A stretch of DNA of 63,835 nucleotides, the filler included, from Folioceros fuciformis (lineage: Eukaryota): assembly GCA_049999805.1 (NCBI GenBank). It is 4 parts of 4 records of this genome, joined end to end, with 100 filler letters (N's around TTAATTAATTAA, not from the genome) between each part and the next. Parts side by side here need not be neighbours in the genome. Positions count along the whole stretch, not along the records: positions 46,358 to 60,800 come from JBNGIO010006183.1; 3 more parts are not named here. The stretch is one strand, 5' to 3'. The translations under genes and the position numbers were made by a program. Of the stretch, positions 48,997 to 60,900 are shown piece by piece; position 1 is the stretch's first letter, and each line of letters starts with the position of its first letter. Below the pieces are notes generated by a model. That model was given only the letters and a program-made list of their open reading frames with translations. It made no database searches and was not told the DNA's origin.

Positions 48997-51900
48997 TTAG
49001 TTCTGGTCCTTGAGATCATGCTGCAACCAACGACAGAGTCAGCATCCACGACCGTCGCCTCAATCCGCATTTCTGTCCGACTATGCAGCTGGGATTACCT
49101 CTGAAACGAAATGAGCATGGAAGCCATAGGGAACCCTGCTCGGCAATGAGACGATTGCGACTGCCTGTGGACTCATCGTCTTTGCGTCAATCACTACAAC
49201 CTCAGATTTTCTGCATCACAATCACTGCAGTCAGTTCCGGACGTAATCGGGATGCACACCAAGTATTGAGAGATGAAGATGATGCTACGCATACTTTAGC
49301 TTCTCGTCGTGTACAAAAGAGATCAGGTATCCGTCATCTTCTTCCACTGCATCAGTCTTGGGCACAAAAACAGCTTCTGACCCATAGCGCTCGTCTCCAT
49401 ATCGGAACACCCCTTTGATATTGTTGCCTACTTCCAGACCCTTGCCCAGTTGTGGCTCAGCGAATAGGTCAACTTTCACAACCGCTATAGCCTTGACATT
49501 GTCGAAGACCAGTAAGTAGGCAAACTGCTGCTTCCTGTCGCAGATTCCTCGAATCAGAAACTTGGTGGGTATTGAGGTCGACTAATATGAAGACCGAAGT
49601 CCCAAGACAGAAATGGACCCGAAAGAAATCACGCAGCGATTCAAGACCTCACCTCCCCACGAAGTTCTCATTGATACGAGGAAAGTCCGCCGCAAAGTCT
49701 CCAATCCTTCTCTGTGAGGAGGCTCCGCTCTTCAAATTGAAACGGAACTCATACCTGCAAATTGGCCCAGCGCTTAACGTCCGTCAGGGTGCTCTAAATA
49801 TCTGTTGCAGTTCAAAGGGACAGATCCATGAAACCTAGGTTTTTAGCAGGGAAGTACAGTTCGTTGCCCATATCCTCCATTGTCTTTCCATCGGGAGCAG
49901 ACACGGCATTCATGTTCAGTTTCTTCAAGCGACATGAGTACAGAACAACTTCATCACCTTCTTCCCACGCATTCACTGTCATGGCCACGACAAACTATTG
50001 ATCATTCCTGTGTGCCGCCATTGCTGGCCAGAAAAGCTTGTGTATAGGGTTGAGAAAATCACCATTGTGGAATACGTAAAATGGTGGAAGCTCAAACCAC
50101 CGAATCTGACTTTCGTTCTTGGCATACCGTGGTAAGATCCCAAATCTGGACTTCTTAGATGCATCAAACTTCAAAACATGCCCTGTCTGCAACATTTCCT
50201 GGAGTAGAAGTGAAACATGAGAGATTATTTGGCCTGCCTACCCATTACCATATAGAGAGCTAACACAGGGGCAGAAACCAGTACCCTGGTCGGGAAGGCA
50301 AAGTACCTTGGGCCGGAAAACCACAGGCAAATCCATGAATATGGCAAAGTTCTCGGTTATAGCAAAATCGTGCATCATCACTGGTTCAGGAATAGTTATG
50401 GTAACTGGTTCTCCCAGCACGCCATCTTTGGAGATGACATGGTAAGTGACAAACGGAGCTTTTTCAAAGCTGTAGCCATACGTGAACAGCTCCCCTGTCC
50501 GTCAATCACCAATTCAAATGACTGTCAACTTCCTGCTATTCGTGAAATGCAGGCTGAAATTGCAACCAAAGGTTCAGCAATCAAACCTGTGTGGACATCA
50601 AGTTTTGGATGAGCAGTCAAGGGATGATTCAGCTTAGACCCGTAATCATGAAGTCCCAATGTTTGAAGATCTCCATCTTCGAGAACCCTCAGAGCATCTA
50701 GAACCAATCTCCACCAGTTCTATGTGTCAGCAACTGGACCATCACATTAAAGGGAAATGAAATCTTTCACAGATCTGCAGAAAACGAAAACAAACGTTCA
50801 CGTACAAGGTTTGTCCCCTTCTTGTAATGCAAAAACCTTGCCGCTGTGGAATGTGAGAGCAGTGTTACCTGCAATAACAAAGGAACAACACTACACCCAT
50901 CAATGCCCGTCCAATCAGTCCGATCTACCCAGGGAATCGGACTCTCACCTGTTCCATCCCCTTTCGAAGAGTCAAGAACACCAAGCTTCAGACGAAGCGT
51001 ATTCAACAGGAGAAAAAATAGCCCTACTGTTCCCGTCATATCTCCCAACTGTCAGAACCGAAGGAGACAGATGAATTCCTCAACCGCTCACAGTCTGTCA
51101 ACTACAAATACACACAGAATGCAATACCGTTATTCACAACAAACCTTGATGAACTTGGCAGCACCGTAGTACTCTTCTTGTTTGATCCGTGCAGTCCTCA
51201 CATACCTCGAAGCATAAGAAGCTTTTCCATTCTTGATCCGCACTGCATGAATCATTCTGCGCACTAGCCACTTGTCATCCGTTTTGAATTTCTGGAGCTC
51301 AGTGGAATGAGAAACCTTAACCAAGACTAAGCAAGCTTGTCCAGCCTTCTGAATGGGCTGAAATCGCCTTGCTGCCTCCATACCAAACAGGAACCCAATT
51401 CTGGAACGCGGCTTGGCAAATCATAATGACAATTTTTACACGCAGACGGACGAGTAAGAATCATACCCATCCCCGTCGAACCTGCATCACCAGAAAACGC
51501 GGCTTAGTGATCCACAAAGTCTGTCCCAGAGCATTTCGAAATAAAGTTCACCTGCAATACCTCCGCCCTAAAATATGTCGCAGGTTTATGTCACGACAAA
51601 AACACTGAAGTAGACCAGTGAAACATACCAGTGATAATTGCCGACAGGTTCAAACTTGGGATTAGGTCCAACTCGAAGAAATTCTCCATTCAGGCAGTCC
51701 TACAAGAAACCACGCAACCGCAATTTCAGTCCATACGCAGAGCATCGGAAGAAATAGCATGAATCCCAAGGCCCACTAGAACCGTGGATTGACGAAGGTT
51801 TAGCCGAAAGAAACAGGTGCACAATACCGGCAGAATTCCGACGATTGCGAGATCCGTCGTCAGCGGAAACTCCTCTACTGGTGCGTAATTTCCCGTCAGA

Positions 51901-52082
51901 TAGTAATTGGGCTTGACGACGTCAGACGCCCACACCAGGACCTTCTCCAGGACGTCCAAGAGGGGAGCAGCAATTCGGCCTACGACAGTCGGCTGAAACG
52001 TCTTTTCATCCTTCGCCCCTTCCTGTCCCGGGGCTGTATCAGCCACACCAGCGCCTTTGAGGAAAGCAGTGTAATCGGCCAT
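48997..52082 (-). CDS. CCD1: Carotenoid cleavage dioxygenase 1, about 14 exons
   Basis: [18 protein letters not shown]; micro-exon [67 protein letters not shown]. Four Fe-ligand His present; no transit peptide. Confidence 0.93.
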
Positions 52083-52946
52083 CTCGTGACCGACCTAATT
52101 CAGCTGCAGATACAAGACACCACTGAAGTGTGTCAGGAAGTGCAACTCCTTCGGCTGGCAGTCCCGCTGCAGAGAATGCAGAAGAGAGATGGCCAGTTCC
52201 GAACTGCACATTGACAACCTTCTCCCGCCGATCCTTGGCCATAATCTCGACGGGTTGCAGGCTTCCACTGGACGAAGTTCAAGCGCGTGGCGTATCTCGC
52301 TCACTTTTACCCACCTTGGCACCCAAAAAAAGCTCACAACAGTAATTTCCGGTTGGGGTACACTGTGCGAACTGAACAATAGTAATAATCACTTCCAGTA
52401 GGCGTGTCCCACTCACATTTGCCCAGTTTGCCGTCCCCACAAACGAATCACCCAGTGCCTTGACATGTCTTACTCTCCGAGATGTCCGTCCAGGGGAGAC
52501 AACTCGGGGAGAACAATAATCGCGATTCGCTTCCGCTTGGCGTGTACCACTCACCTTTCCCACAAACAACAAACAGCGTGCCTTGGCCTTTACAACATTC
52601 CGTCCTTGGATAACTCGGTGAGAAAAACAAACGTATCACTTCCCGTTCGCCACTACTCCTGTGTTCACATGTGTTCTGATTTCTTCTACACTCAGCACTG
52701 GAAAATAATTTTAGTGTTGGATTTGGAATTCATTATTCCTCAACATAATCATCTCCAAACCTTGATTTCTTCGAAGGTAAGGGCCTGTAAAGTGAAGAAC
52801 TTGACCCTCACATGTTTCATAGTCCGTTTCTCAAAGATGTATGTACAGCTCTATAAAAGAACGATGGACATTTGTACAGATTACCAGATCCGAGCAAGTA
52901 CAATTTCCAAAATGTTCTGAAACTAGGACGAGTCTGATGGCTGCTC

Positions 52947-54361
52947 TCACACGGACTTGGGCTTCAACTTCCTCTCCTGCCGCACTTTCTCCAAGTGGTA
53001 GAAGATACTTCCATCAAAAACCCCACGAACGGCTTCTTTCGGAACAAAACCGTCTGCGTCTTTCACCGCCCAGTACGTGAAGCCCCATTCGAGCTTGGCT
53101 GCAAGCCTGACACACGCAGGGAGATGGTGCAGTGATCAGGATTCATCGGAAAGAAGAGGGACGACTTTGATCATGAAACACTCACCATCCCAGTGCATCA
53201 AAGGTATCCTGATTTGCTGCTGTCATGTCTAGCAGCTCCCCGAAAGTGAGAGACGCCCGTCTGGTTTTCGCGAATTTCTCAAACAGTTCCTCAAATTTGG
53301 CAGGAACAAATCTTGACACAACGTTAAGTTCAGCCAGTCAAATGTCAGACAGAAAGAAAAGAAAGTATTAAACGACTCAAAAGACAGAACGACACCAAAA
53401 TATATGGCAGAGTCCCTCCGGCTCCATGATTCGCTGAGGTTCACCTGCCCTCTGGGTCGTAGATGTCAGAGTCACTGGCGTGCTTGCAACGATGTATGTT
53501 GATAATGTATATGGGGAAGAGCGGATGCGGAATCCAACTCTGCACACAAGCATCATATTAGAACCAGCGGTCGTGCTTCCTGAAGTCCTGAATCCCACCA
53601 GTAGGCCAAAACTTACATCTTGCGTCTTGAAGGCCATGAAGAAGTGGATTATACTGGCAGCCCAGAGTGAGACAAGAATGTTGAATCCGATGGCCCGAAA
53701 ACCTGCGAAAGCGTTGCAGAACAGTCAGGAAGACACGAAGGCTACACTGCCCCGAAGCTGACTCGTGGCTCCAAATCGTTCCAGATTTGGTACCTGAATA
53801 GGTCTCCCAGGGGTATATGACCCCATCGTGATTACGATCGAAGAATGCCACATGCTGCTGCATTACTGTCATACTGCGGTGAGGATAGCCCGGCGTTCCA
53901 TGCGGATGCTCCCTGTCGGCTGCCACCAGTGCTCGTGGCACATCTGTAGAACCAGACCCTCAATACAGGATCTCCAACAAGAAACGACGAGCAACACAGG
54001 GGGCAATGCATGCGAACTTACACGGCCTGTCCATGTTGTCCAAGTAGTAGGGATCAACCCGGCGTCGATAGGTGATGGGGGCGCGCTCGGTGTCCGTCCG
54101 GAGGTGTTCAGGGACGTTTAACAGATCCTCTCGAGGCGAGTGGAGATGGTCTGCTGCAGCCTCGGATGACTCCAAAGCCTTGGTCTGAACCTCGGCCGGT
54201 GCCGGCGCCAGCGACTTCGCCTGGCTCTGACTCTGGCTCTGGCTCTGGCCCTGAGGATGTGCCTGTCCGTGGCCTTTATTCCCGGACCGCGACTTGCTCG
54301 AAGAGTCGCGGCCCGATCTCGCAGTTTCCGCGGACTCGGGTGCCACAGCTGGAGTCGCCAT
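52947..54361 (-). CDS. Caleosin/peroxygenase, 6 exons, long N-terminus
   Basis: [21 protein letters not shown] (EF-hand); hydrophobic anchor with proline knot [36 protein letters not shown]. Confidence 0.92.
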
Positions 54362-55689
54362 GACCTCGCGCCTTGGGCTCAGGAAGGCTGTAAATGATCA
54401 AGCAAACAAGAGCCCCACAGTGTCATGCACAGGCCAGGGCAACAGATGCATCTCGACCAAGCATACTGCACAAGTCCGGCGTAGCGAAGCGACTGCTTGC
54501 GGGAGTCTGAGACCTGACACAAACTTGGTAGCGGACTTACATTGCCTCCAATTAGCTTCGAAGATGTCCTTGATGTCACCGACGCCCCTGACGACGTCTC
54601 TGGCGTTGGTGTCACTATGCATGTCAACGAGCGCATGAGCACAAGTCTGTGAATACGTCAATTGCTCATTGCTAGCAATTCCGTCCCACCATACATGACT
54701 GGCCCAACAACGCACCGAGGAGCAGAGCAGCAGACAGGAAAGAAGACCAAGCACAGCTTCAGAGCTGTAGCGCCGAGCTCACCGAATTGGAAGGCCGAGC
54801 TTGTGATGCACGCCCAGTCTTGATCAAGCACGGAAGTTGGGCGGTGGATCTCTCTCCCTCTTCTCACTGCGGGCAAAGCAAAGTTCCAGGAGGTTATTAT
54901 TTGCATGAGCCTGGGCCAGCGAAGCTATTGCCAATCACTGCCTCCCGGCAGCAACTGCATGTTGCAGTGTGGAGCTGGGATGTGTGCGAAAGGTAGTCTT
55001 GCAAGTGGCAGTTGTGGGCACAAGTCAGCAGCTGGCTGGCCGCGACTCACACGTGGAGGAGGGAGGCCGTGTTTGCAAGCCACGTCAACCAGATGGCGCC
55101 CGGTTTCCAATCTGAAACGCCACACGTTGGGTGCCCGCCATTCGCTGCCTACGAGGTTTCCATTGTCGGGTTCCGTGATGGCTATTCCCCTGGCCTCTGT
55201 TGGTGCTTTGCGGGAGTTTGTGCCTTCTTGATCCCAGCATCCGCGCATGTTTGGTTTGTGGTTGGCGTTCACGTTGTTGTTACGTCCATGATTCTTCTCG
55301 TCATCGTTGCTGATATCCTGGTCCTTTACCTCTTCTTCTACCTCATAGTCGAACTGGTGAGCTTGTCTTTAAGCATGTTGGATGCAATTTGCGTTTGAAA
55401 TGGGGGTCAGGCGTGGGCAGGGGCTTGCTGCGGTCATCTAGCCAAAATTTCTGCGTGGGTGTGCCAGCATCACCGCACTGTCGAGTGGGTGCGTTAGTGC
55501 AGCGCTTCTGAAATTGTTCTGAATTTCTGATCATTATAGGTCCTCGTTTCGCAGTGCCCACTTCCTGGATGTTTAGTGAAGTCCTGAATGAGATATCACT
55601 CAGGAGAATGAGTCATTCATAACGCTTGGCCCAGTTCTCCGTTCTGGGAAAACCATGAGGAGTAGTAGGTGCCTGATTCAGAGTAGTAG

Positions 55690-58265
55690 ATGTCGTGCAA
55701 TCCGGGGGACGTGTTGGTGAAGGGCAGAATGCCAGTGTTGTCAGCTCATTGTTTTGCAGATCACAAAGGGGGGTGTGGGGAAAACAACTCTATTGTTATC
55801 AGATTGCAGCTCAGTGCGCGGCGGCACATACCGATGTAAATATTTTGGTTGTGGACTTCACTGAGGTTAGTTCCCACTGTGTGTACGTTCTGGCTGAATG
55901 GGAAATAGAAGGTGCAGATGCATCAGTATCCTGTGACAAGGACACCTAGCCTTCTTGCTAGACACTTCAAGAACGGAGCCGCCCATAACACTGGGCAACG
56001 CACTGTGCACTGTATTTTCAGGCACGTGATCTTTCGGAGATCCTACTGGGTGGCATGGAAGAGGACAGAGGTCGGACGGCACTGGTGCAGCTAGTGATTT
56101 TGTCGAACGTGACGCACTTATGCCTTAGGAATTTGGCGGCCAGTGTTCGCCCCAGCGTTGAACACGAAGCCCAACCTAGCATACGAACTGGTGATGGCAG
56201 TGTAAGTACACCAGATACCTCCTTTTATGAGAAGGTGCTGGAGTATATGCCTAAACGAAGGAGGGCCAAGGTAAAGCTTATTTCAACTTCATGCCCCTTA
56301 TGTTTTGGAAGGGCTGAGACTGTGGTGTAGCTTGTTAAAAATGACTTGTGCTACTGTTCGTCAAAGCTGGTTGCAGGGTGCAGAGACCAGGACGTTGTTT
56401 TGAGAATCGAAGGCGACGTAGATGGCCCCCGACGTGAAGCCAGTGTAGATGTAGCTGAGTTTGCTATCCCTGTATATCCAGTGAATGACCAAATGCCTGC
56501 AAACTTGTATTTGTGTCCCAGAGGAGTGGAGTTTGAGCCACTGACCAGGTTTTCTAAATCTCAACAGCGAAGAATCGTTTCTGTTGTTCGACGGTAAGCG
56601 TGCAATTACATGTGTGCTTTAGGTTTTCCCTTCTTTATGTGGGCATGGTTGTCAGTGCTTTATGTTTCCCCCGACTGATGGGGACATCTTTATTAAGCAA
56701 GGATTACATACTTCCCTCGTGGTTGACCCTTGATGCAGCTCGTTCGAAGACGTAGAGGGTGATTGGAAGGTGTTCGTGGACACCGATGCCCGTCACCAGG
56801 ATCAGGGTGAAGTGTGTACCGAACTCGCTCTGGGCATCTCCCAGTTCTGCATCATGCCACTTCATGCTGACATAAGTGAATGGCTGAGAGCCAAGACGAC
56901 GTTGAGGGTGTTGAGGAATTTGCGAGATGACCGTGACAGCGTATGCACAGAAAGTACCAATGGTGGTTTTATGTCCTGCACTTGGGGACTGAGTTAAGTG
57001 TCAGGGATGATTGATTAAAGTTAAGAGTTGCACATGCAGGTGCAGATGATCATGTGGAACAAGCTGTCTGTTCAGAACAATCGTGAGAGTCCTTGCATTG
57101 GTACTAAAAAATGTTCTTTCACCCCTACGACGGCTGAGCAGGTAATATTTCTCTTCCTCCTGGTTGTCCAGCAACGGCACCGGTGCTTCATGAAACTTTT
57201 AGTATGGTAGTGGAACTGGCTATCATCGAAGGTGAGCTGTTGTGGTGGGATCTGCGATCTTAGGACGTACTACGAAGTCTGCACAGCCGTGTTCATGAAG
57301 AGGCTAAGCAGCATCCAGAAGATTTCTTCAACGTCAGGACAGAAGATGGAACAGCTCCGCCGTTCAAGCCTGCTGTGTGCATGAGAAACTTGAGCGTGGT
57401 TGGGCTCGCATCCAAGGATATGGGGGTGGATATACCAGTGTTACATGCAGGCATGTTTCATGGAGTGCACATGACATACAACCTGAGCGAGTATTCAGTC
57501 AACTCGTGCAGGTCCGTTACATGCTCCTCAGAATGTTATGGCCGAGCCACTGTTTGGCTTCGCACCTGCCTTTGAATTTTCAGCCTGGCTTCTTGTTTCA
57601 TGTGCATGCTGTGGCTTGCAGAGCCAGTTTACGCATCCTTGTGGAAGCGATTGACGCGGGGGACGAACTTTTGAAGCTTCCACGAGGTGGGTCTCTTAAT
57701 TCGGAGGCTCGGACGCCTTCAAATGAAAGGAGAAGTAAAGGGGCCGTGGATGGAATTGTGACTCCCGAGAGAATTCCCGATCCCGCAGCCGAGGTTTTGA
57801 ATCCTCACACGGCTCAGGGGCCTCCTCCAGATGAAGGTGCGCATCCCGAGGGAGATGAGGATGTGGATGAGCAGCAGCTAGAAGAGCTCGTCACGGATGC
57901 TAGTGGCGATCGCGAGCAGGGCGTGGATCCAGTTGCTGGTGCTGGAAGGGAACGGGGACAGGAGGAGCCTGCTCCACGTGAGCCAGCTGCGAAGATGCTA
58001 AATGGTAAGGCTCAGCAGCCGTTGGTACTATTTCCACTTGTCAGTTCCGAGAGATTCCAATTTCCGAGCCCGCAAACGTCTTGAATGCAGGTCGGGATGG
58101 GATGCTGATCTCGTATCCCTGTGGGATGTAGATGAGGAGACGGAGCTCCGGCCAGTGCAGCGTCGAGCCAGACGGCGTTCGAGAAAGGGACGAGTCTCGC
58201 AAGTTGTGCACAGAGTGCAGCGTTACTCCCTGAGGAATCTGTACTCGTTAAGAAGCAGAAGCTGA
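55690..58265 (+). pseudogene. Intron-containing ParA/Soj-family (SIMIBI) P-loop ATPase gene with two frameshifts in exon 1 (pseudogene or assembly error)
   Basis: FADHKGG(V/C)GKTTL-CYQIA...ILVVDFTE|ARDLSEILLGG...PANLYLCP...WKVFVDTD...IMPLHAD...IMWNK. Phase-consistent GT-AG exons 55690-55865, 56022-56270, 56391-56593, 56739-56940, 57040-57141, 57264-57511, 57622-58004 and probably 58132-58265. Confidence 0.75.
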
Positions 58266-60900
58266 GGGAAGACTTGCAGCCTGTGCTGACAGTCGACCTC
58301 GGTTGCGGAATTAGGGCTGTCGACGGGTGATGCGTGATGTCTTGGCGGCTGGCGGTGCATGTTCCAAGGCGGTTTAAGATTCTCCATCCTGCTTGCTTAG
58401 TGGTTGGTTTACCTTGTTGGAGTGGGCTAGATCTGCGACGGCCCTCAATGGAAGTCACAGTCTTACATCAACAACAACGACGTTGCGGCCTCGTAGTGTG
58501 TGCTCCGTGGTTGGCCATGCTCTCATCCTCGAGTGATGAACGCGTGATTAGCTACATATTTGCAACTGGTTTCATGACAGAAAGCGTAGCTTTATGGAGA
58601 CGTGACAGTCCATCATGTTTTCGTGGTCGGCAGCTCGTCGACGGCTGCGGGGTCCTCGCAGTGTGGCAGACGATTTACATGGAAGATAACATATCTACGC
58701 GCTTGTACAGCAGGCAAGGAAAGGGCGCCTTGGTTGAGGAGGAAGCCAGTTTGGAACACAGGTATGTATGCATGTCTGTATGTATGTAATCGGCTTCGGA
58801 CACGGTAACACTGATTGCCTTCGCTGTCTGAAGGCGTTCCACACATGGGATTGACAGAGGACCCTCATCTGCCGCACGTACAGCTGGCCGGCAGGGTCTG
58901 TCTCGACCCCGGGGGAATTCGAAGTGTAGCAGAAAATAGTCTGCAGCACTTGCAGCTCCCACTGTCCCGTGCTCTACAGGCTACAGGCGCGGGGGGAAGG
59001 GAATCTGCAGGAGGAATCTACTGGGGCTCACGTCGGGAGGAGAGAAGATGGATCCGGTTGGCTTGGAGCGTGCTCGTAGGAGGGAGCATCTCGGAGGCCT
59101 GCTTTCTTGGTTGACCCGACACATGGCCAAAGGCAGAGAGGTCGCAGGTAAAACTATCTAGGGCTCGGCCAGAGAGTGGCCTGCTCTGGTGAGATGCCCA
59201 TTGTGCAAAGAATCGATTCCTTGTGCCTCCTCCTCATGTCCATGTCCGGGTGCAGTCATTGGTTGCTGATCGTGCCTCCGTGTGGATGGTGCCATGTGGG
59301 TTCATGCCAACTGCGTGCTTCCTGCTGCCTCCTCCTGCCTCTGCCTCTGCCTCTGCCTCGGCCTGCTGCCTGCTGCTGCCCGTCAGCCCCAAGGCCGTCC
59401 CAAGAAACAGATAATGTCGGTAATAAACAGGCCATACTTGGAACAGGGATTTGGTGCTAAAGAATCGGATGCCTTGGAGTGAGATGCGTGTCAGCGGGCA
59501 CTCTCCTCACTCTGTCTCTCTTATAGTCTAGTCTTCTAGACTCCACAAATTCGGGTTTGCCCGCTTCTTCTACAAACTTCTTTGCAGGCCGGAGTCCCGG
59601 AGGTGGTTAGATGCATTGTGTAGACCACTTCCGTCATCGTACGCACGTGCTTTGTGCCGCCGGTGCATGCATCTCCCGCTCTGGGCTCGACGTGTCTTCT
59701 CCTCCCGTCGCCTTTCCCGTCCACTATGTACCAACGTGTTACGTTAATGTTGGATTAATTCTGGTTTATTTATGTAATTTTCTAACCCACTCCCTGTCCT
59801 TTCCTATGCACTACATGGATTGAATTCTGGAGCCATACTTAATTTATGAGACACACACAGAGACACATACTACTTAGGCGTTTTATAAATTAGAAATAAT
59901 CGTGAAACTGGTCGCATTCGTATGTTTTCATTCCTAAGCCTTAAAAGGTTCCTTCATGTAACCACTACTTCTTGAGATACAGGTATACACAGCTTAACTT
60001 AGCTTGATGAAAAAGAATCTTGGAAGGCGAATTTATTTCCACAATAACAGCCCGAAGGGTCTTTTTCATTTTTTTAATCTTATATTTAAGATTTTTTTTG
60101 GGGTTATTTAATGAAAAGAATGAAGAAGTAGGCGTGAACCTACGTAGGAAAGGACTGCAAACGAGAGCTCAGCATCTAACACTACGTAAGTAGGAGCCTT
60201 CCTACCCTTTTACGCCCTCTAATGCTGTTCACTTTCTCAAAGTAGTGTCAAAACACTTAACAAGTGGGGAGCATAAACTGCAGCCTAATTATTAATGTCT
60301 AGCCTAGGGGNNNNNNNNNNNNNNNNNNNNNNNNNNNNNNNNNNNNNNNNNNNNNNNNNNNNNNNNNNNNNNNNNNNNNNNNNNNNNNNNNNNNNNNNNN
60401 NNNNNNNNNNGGGGAACAGGGGGAACAGGGGGAACGGAAACGGGAAGGGCAGAGCAGGGCAAGGGCAGGAAGGGTGGAATAATGTTAGAGTCCCAATGAT
60501 TTGTGACTTATTCCCGGGCAGGTACCTCCCACGGAATAGGAATCTGTTTCGTTAAAATGAACTCATTTTCACTGGGGTAACATGGTGTCATGGAATCCAC
60601 AGGCGCAAGCGGCTCAACAGTTTCGCCACCCAGCATAGCCTCTGCAGCCTCACCCTGCGATATCTCGGGCGCCTTCTCCCATTGGCTATTGGCCCGCCCT
60701 CGCCTCTTCTTATTAAACTAAACCCCCCAGAGGCCGTACCAAATTATCCTGCCTGCACACAAATACCCCACCCCACCCCCCGCCCCCCGCCCCCCGCCCC
60801 NNNNNNNNNNNNNNNNNNNNNNNNNNNNNNNNNNNNNNNNNNNNTTAATTAATTAANNNNNNNNNNNNNNNNNNNNNNNNNNNNNNNNNNNNNNNNNNNN

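Noticed and set aside
55729-56050. Assignment of the KGGVGKT gene to plastid MinD, or to bacterial contamination
   Set aside because: It lacks a transit peptide and the MinD GLRNLD motif. It has spliceosomal introns and is contiguous with plant genes.
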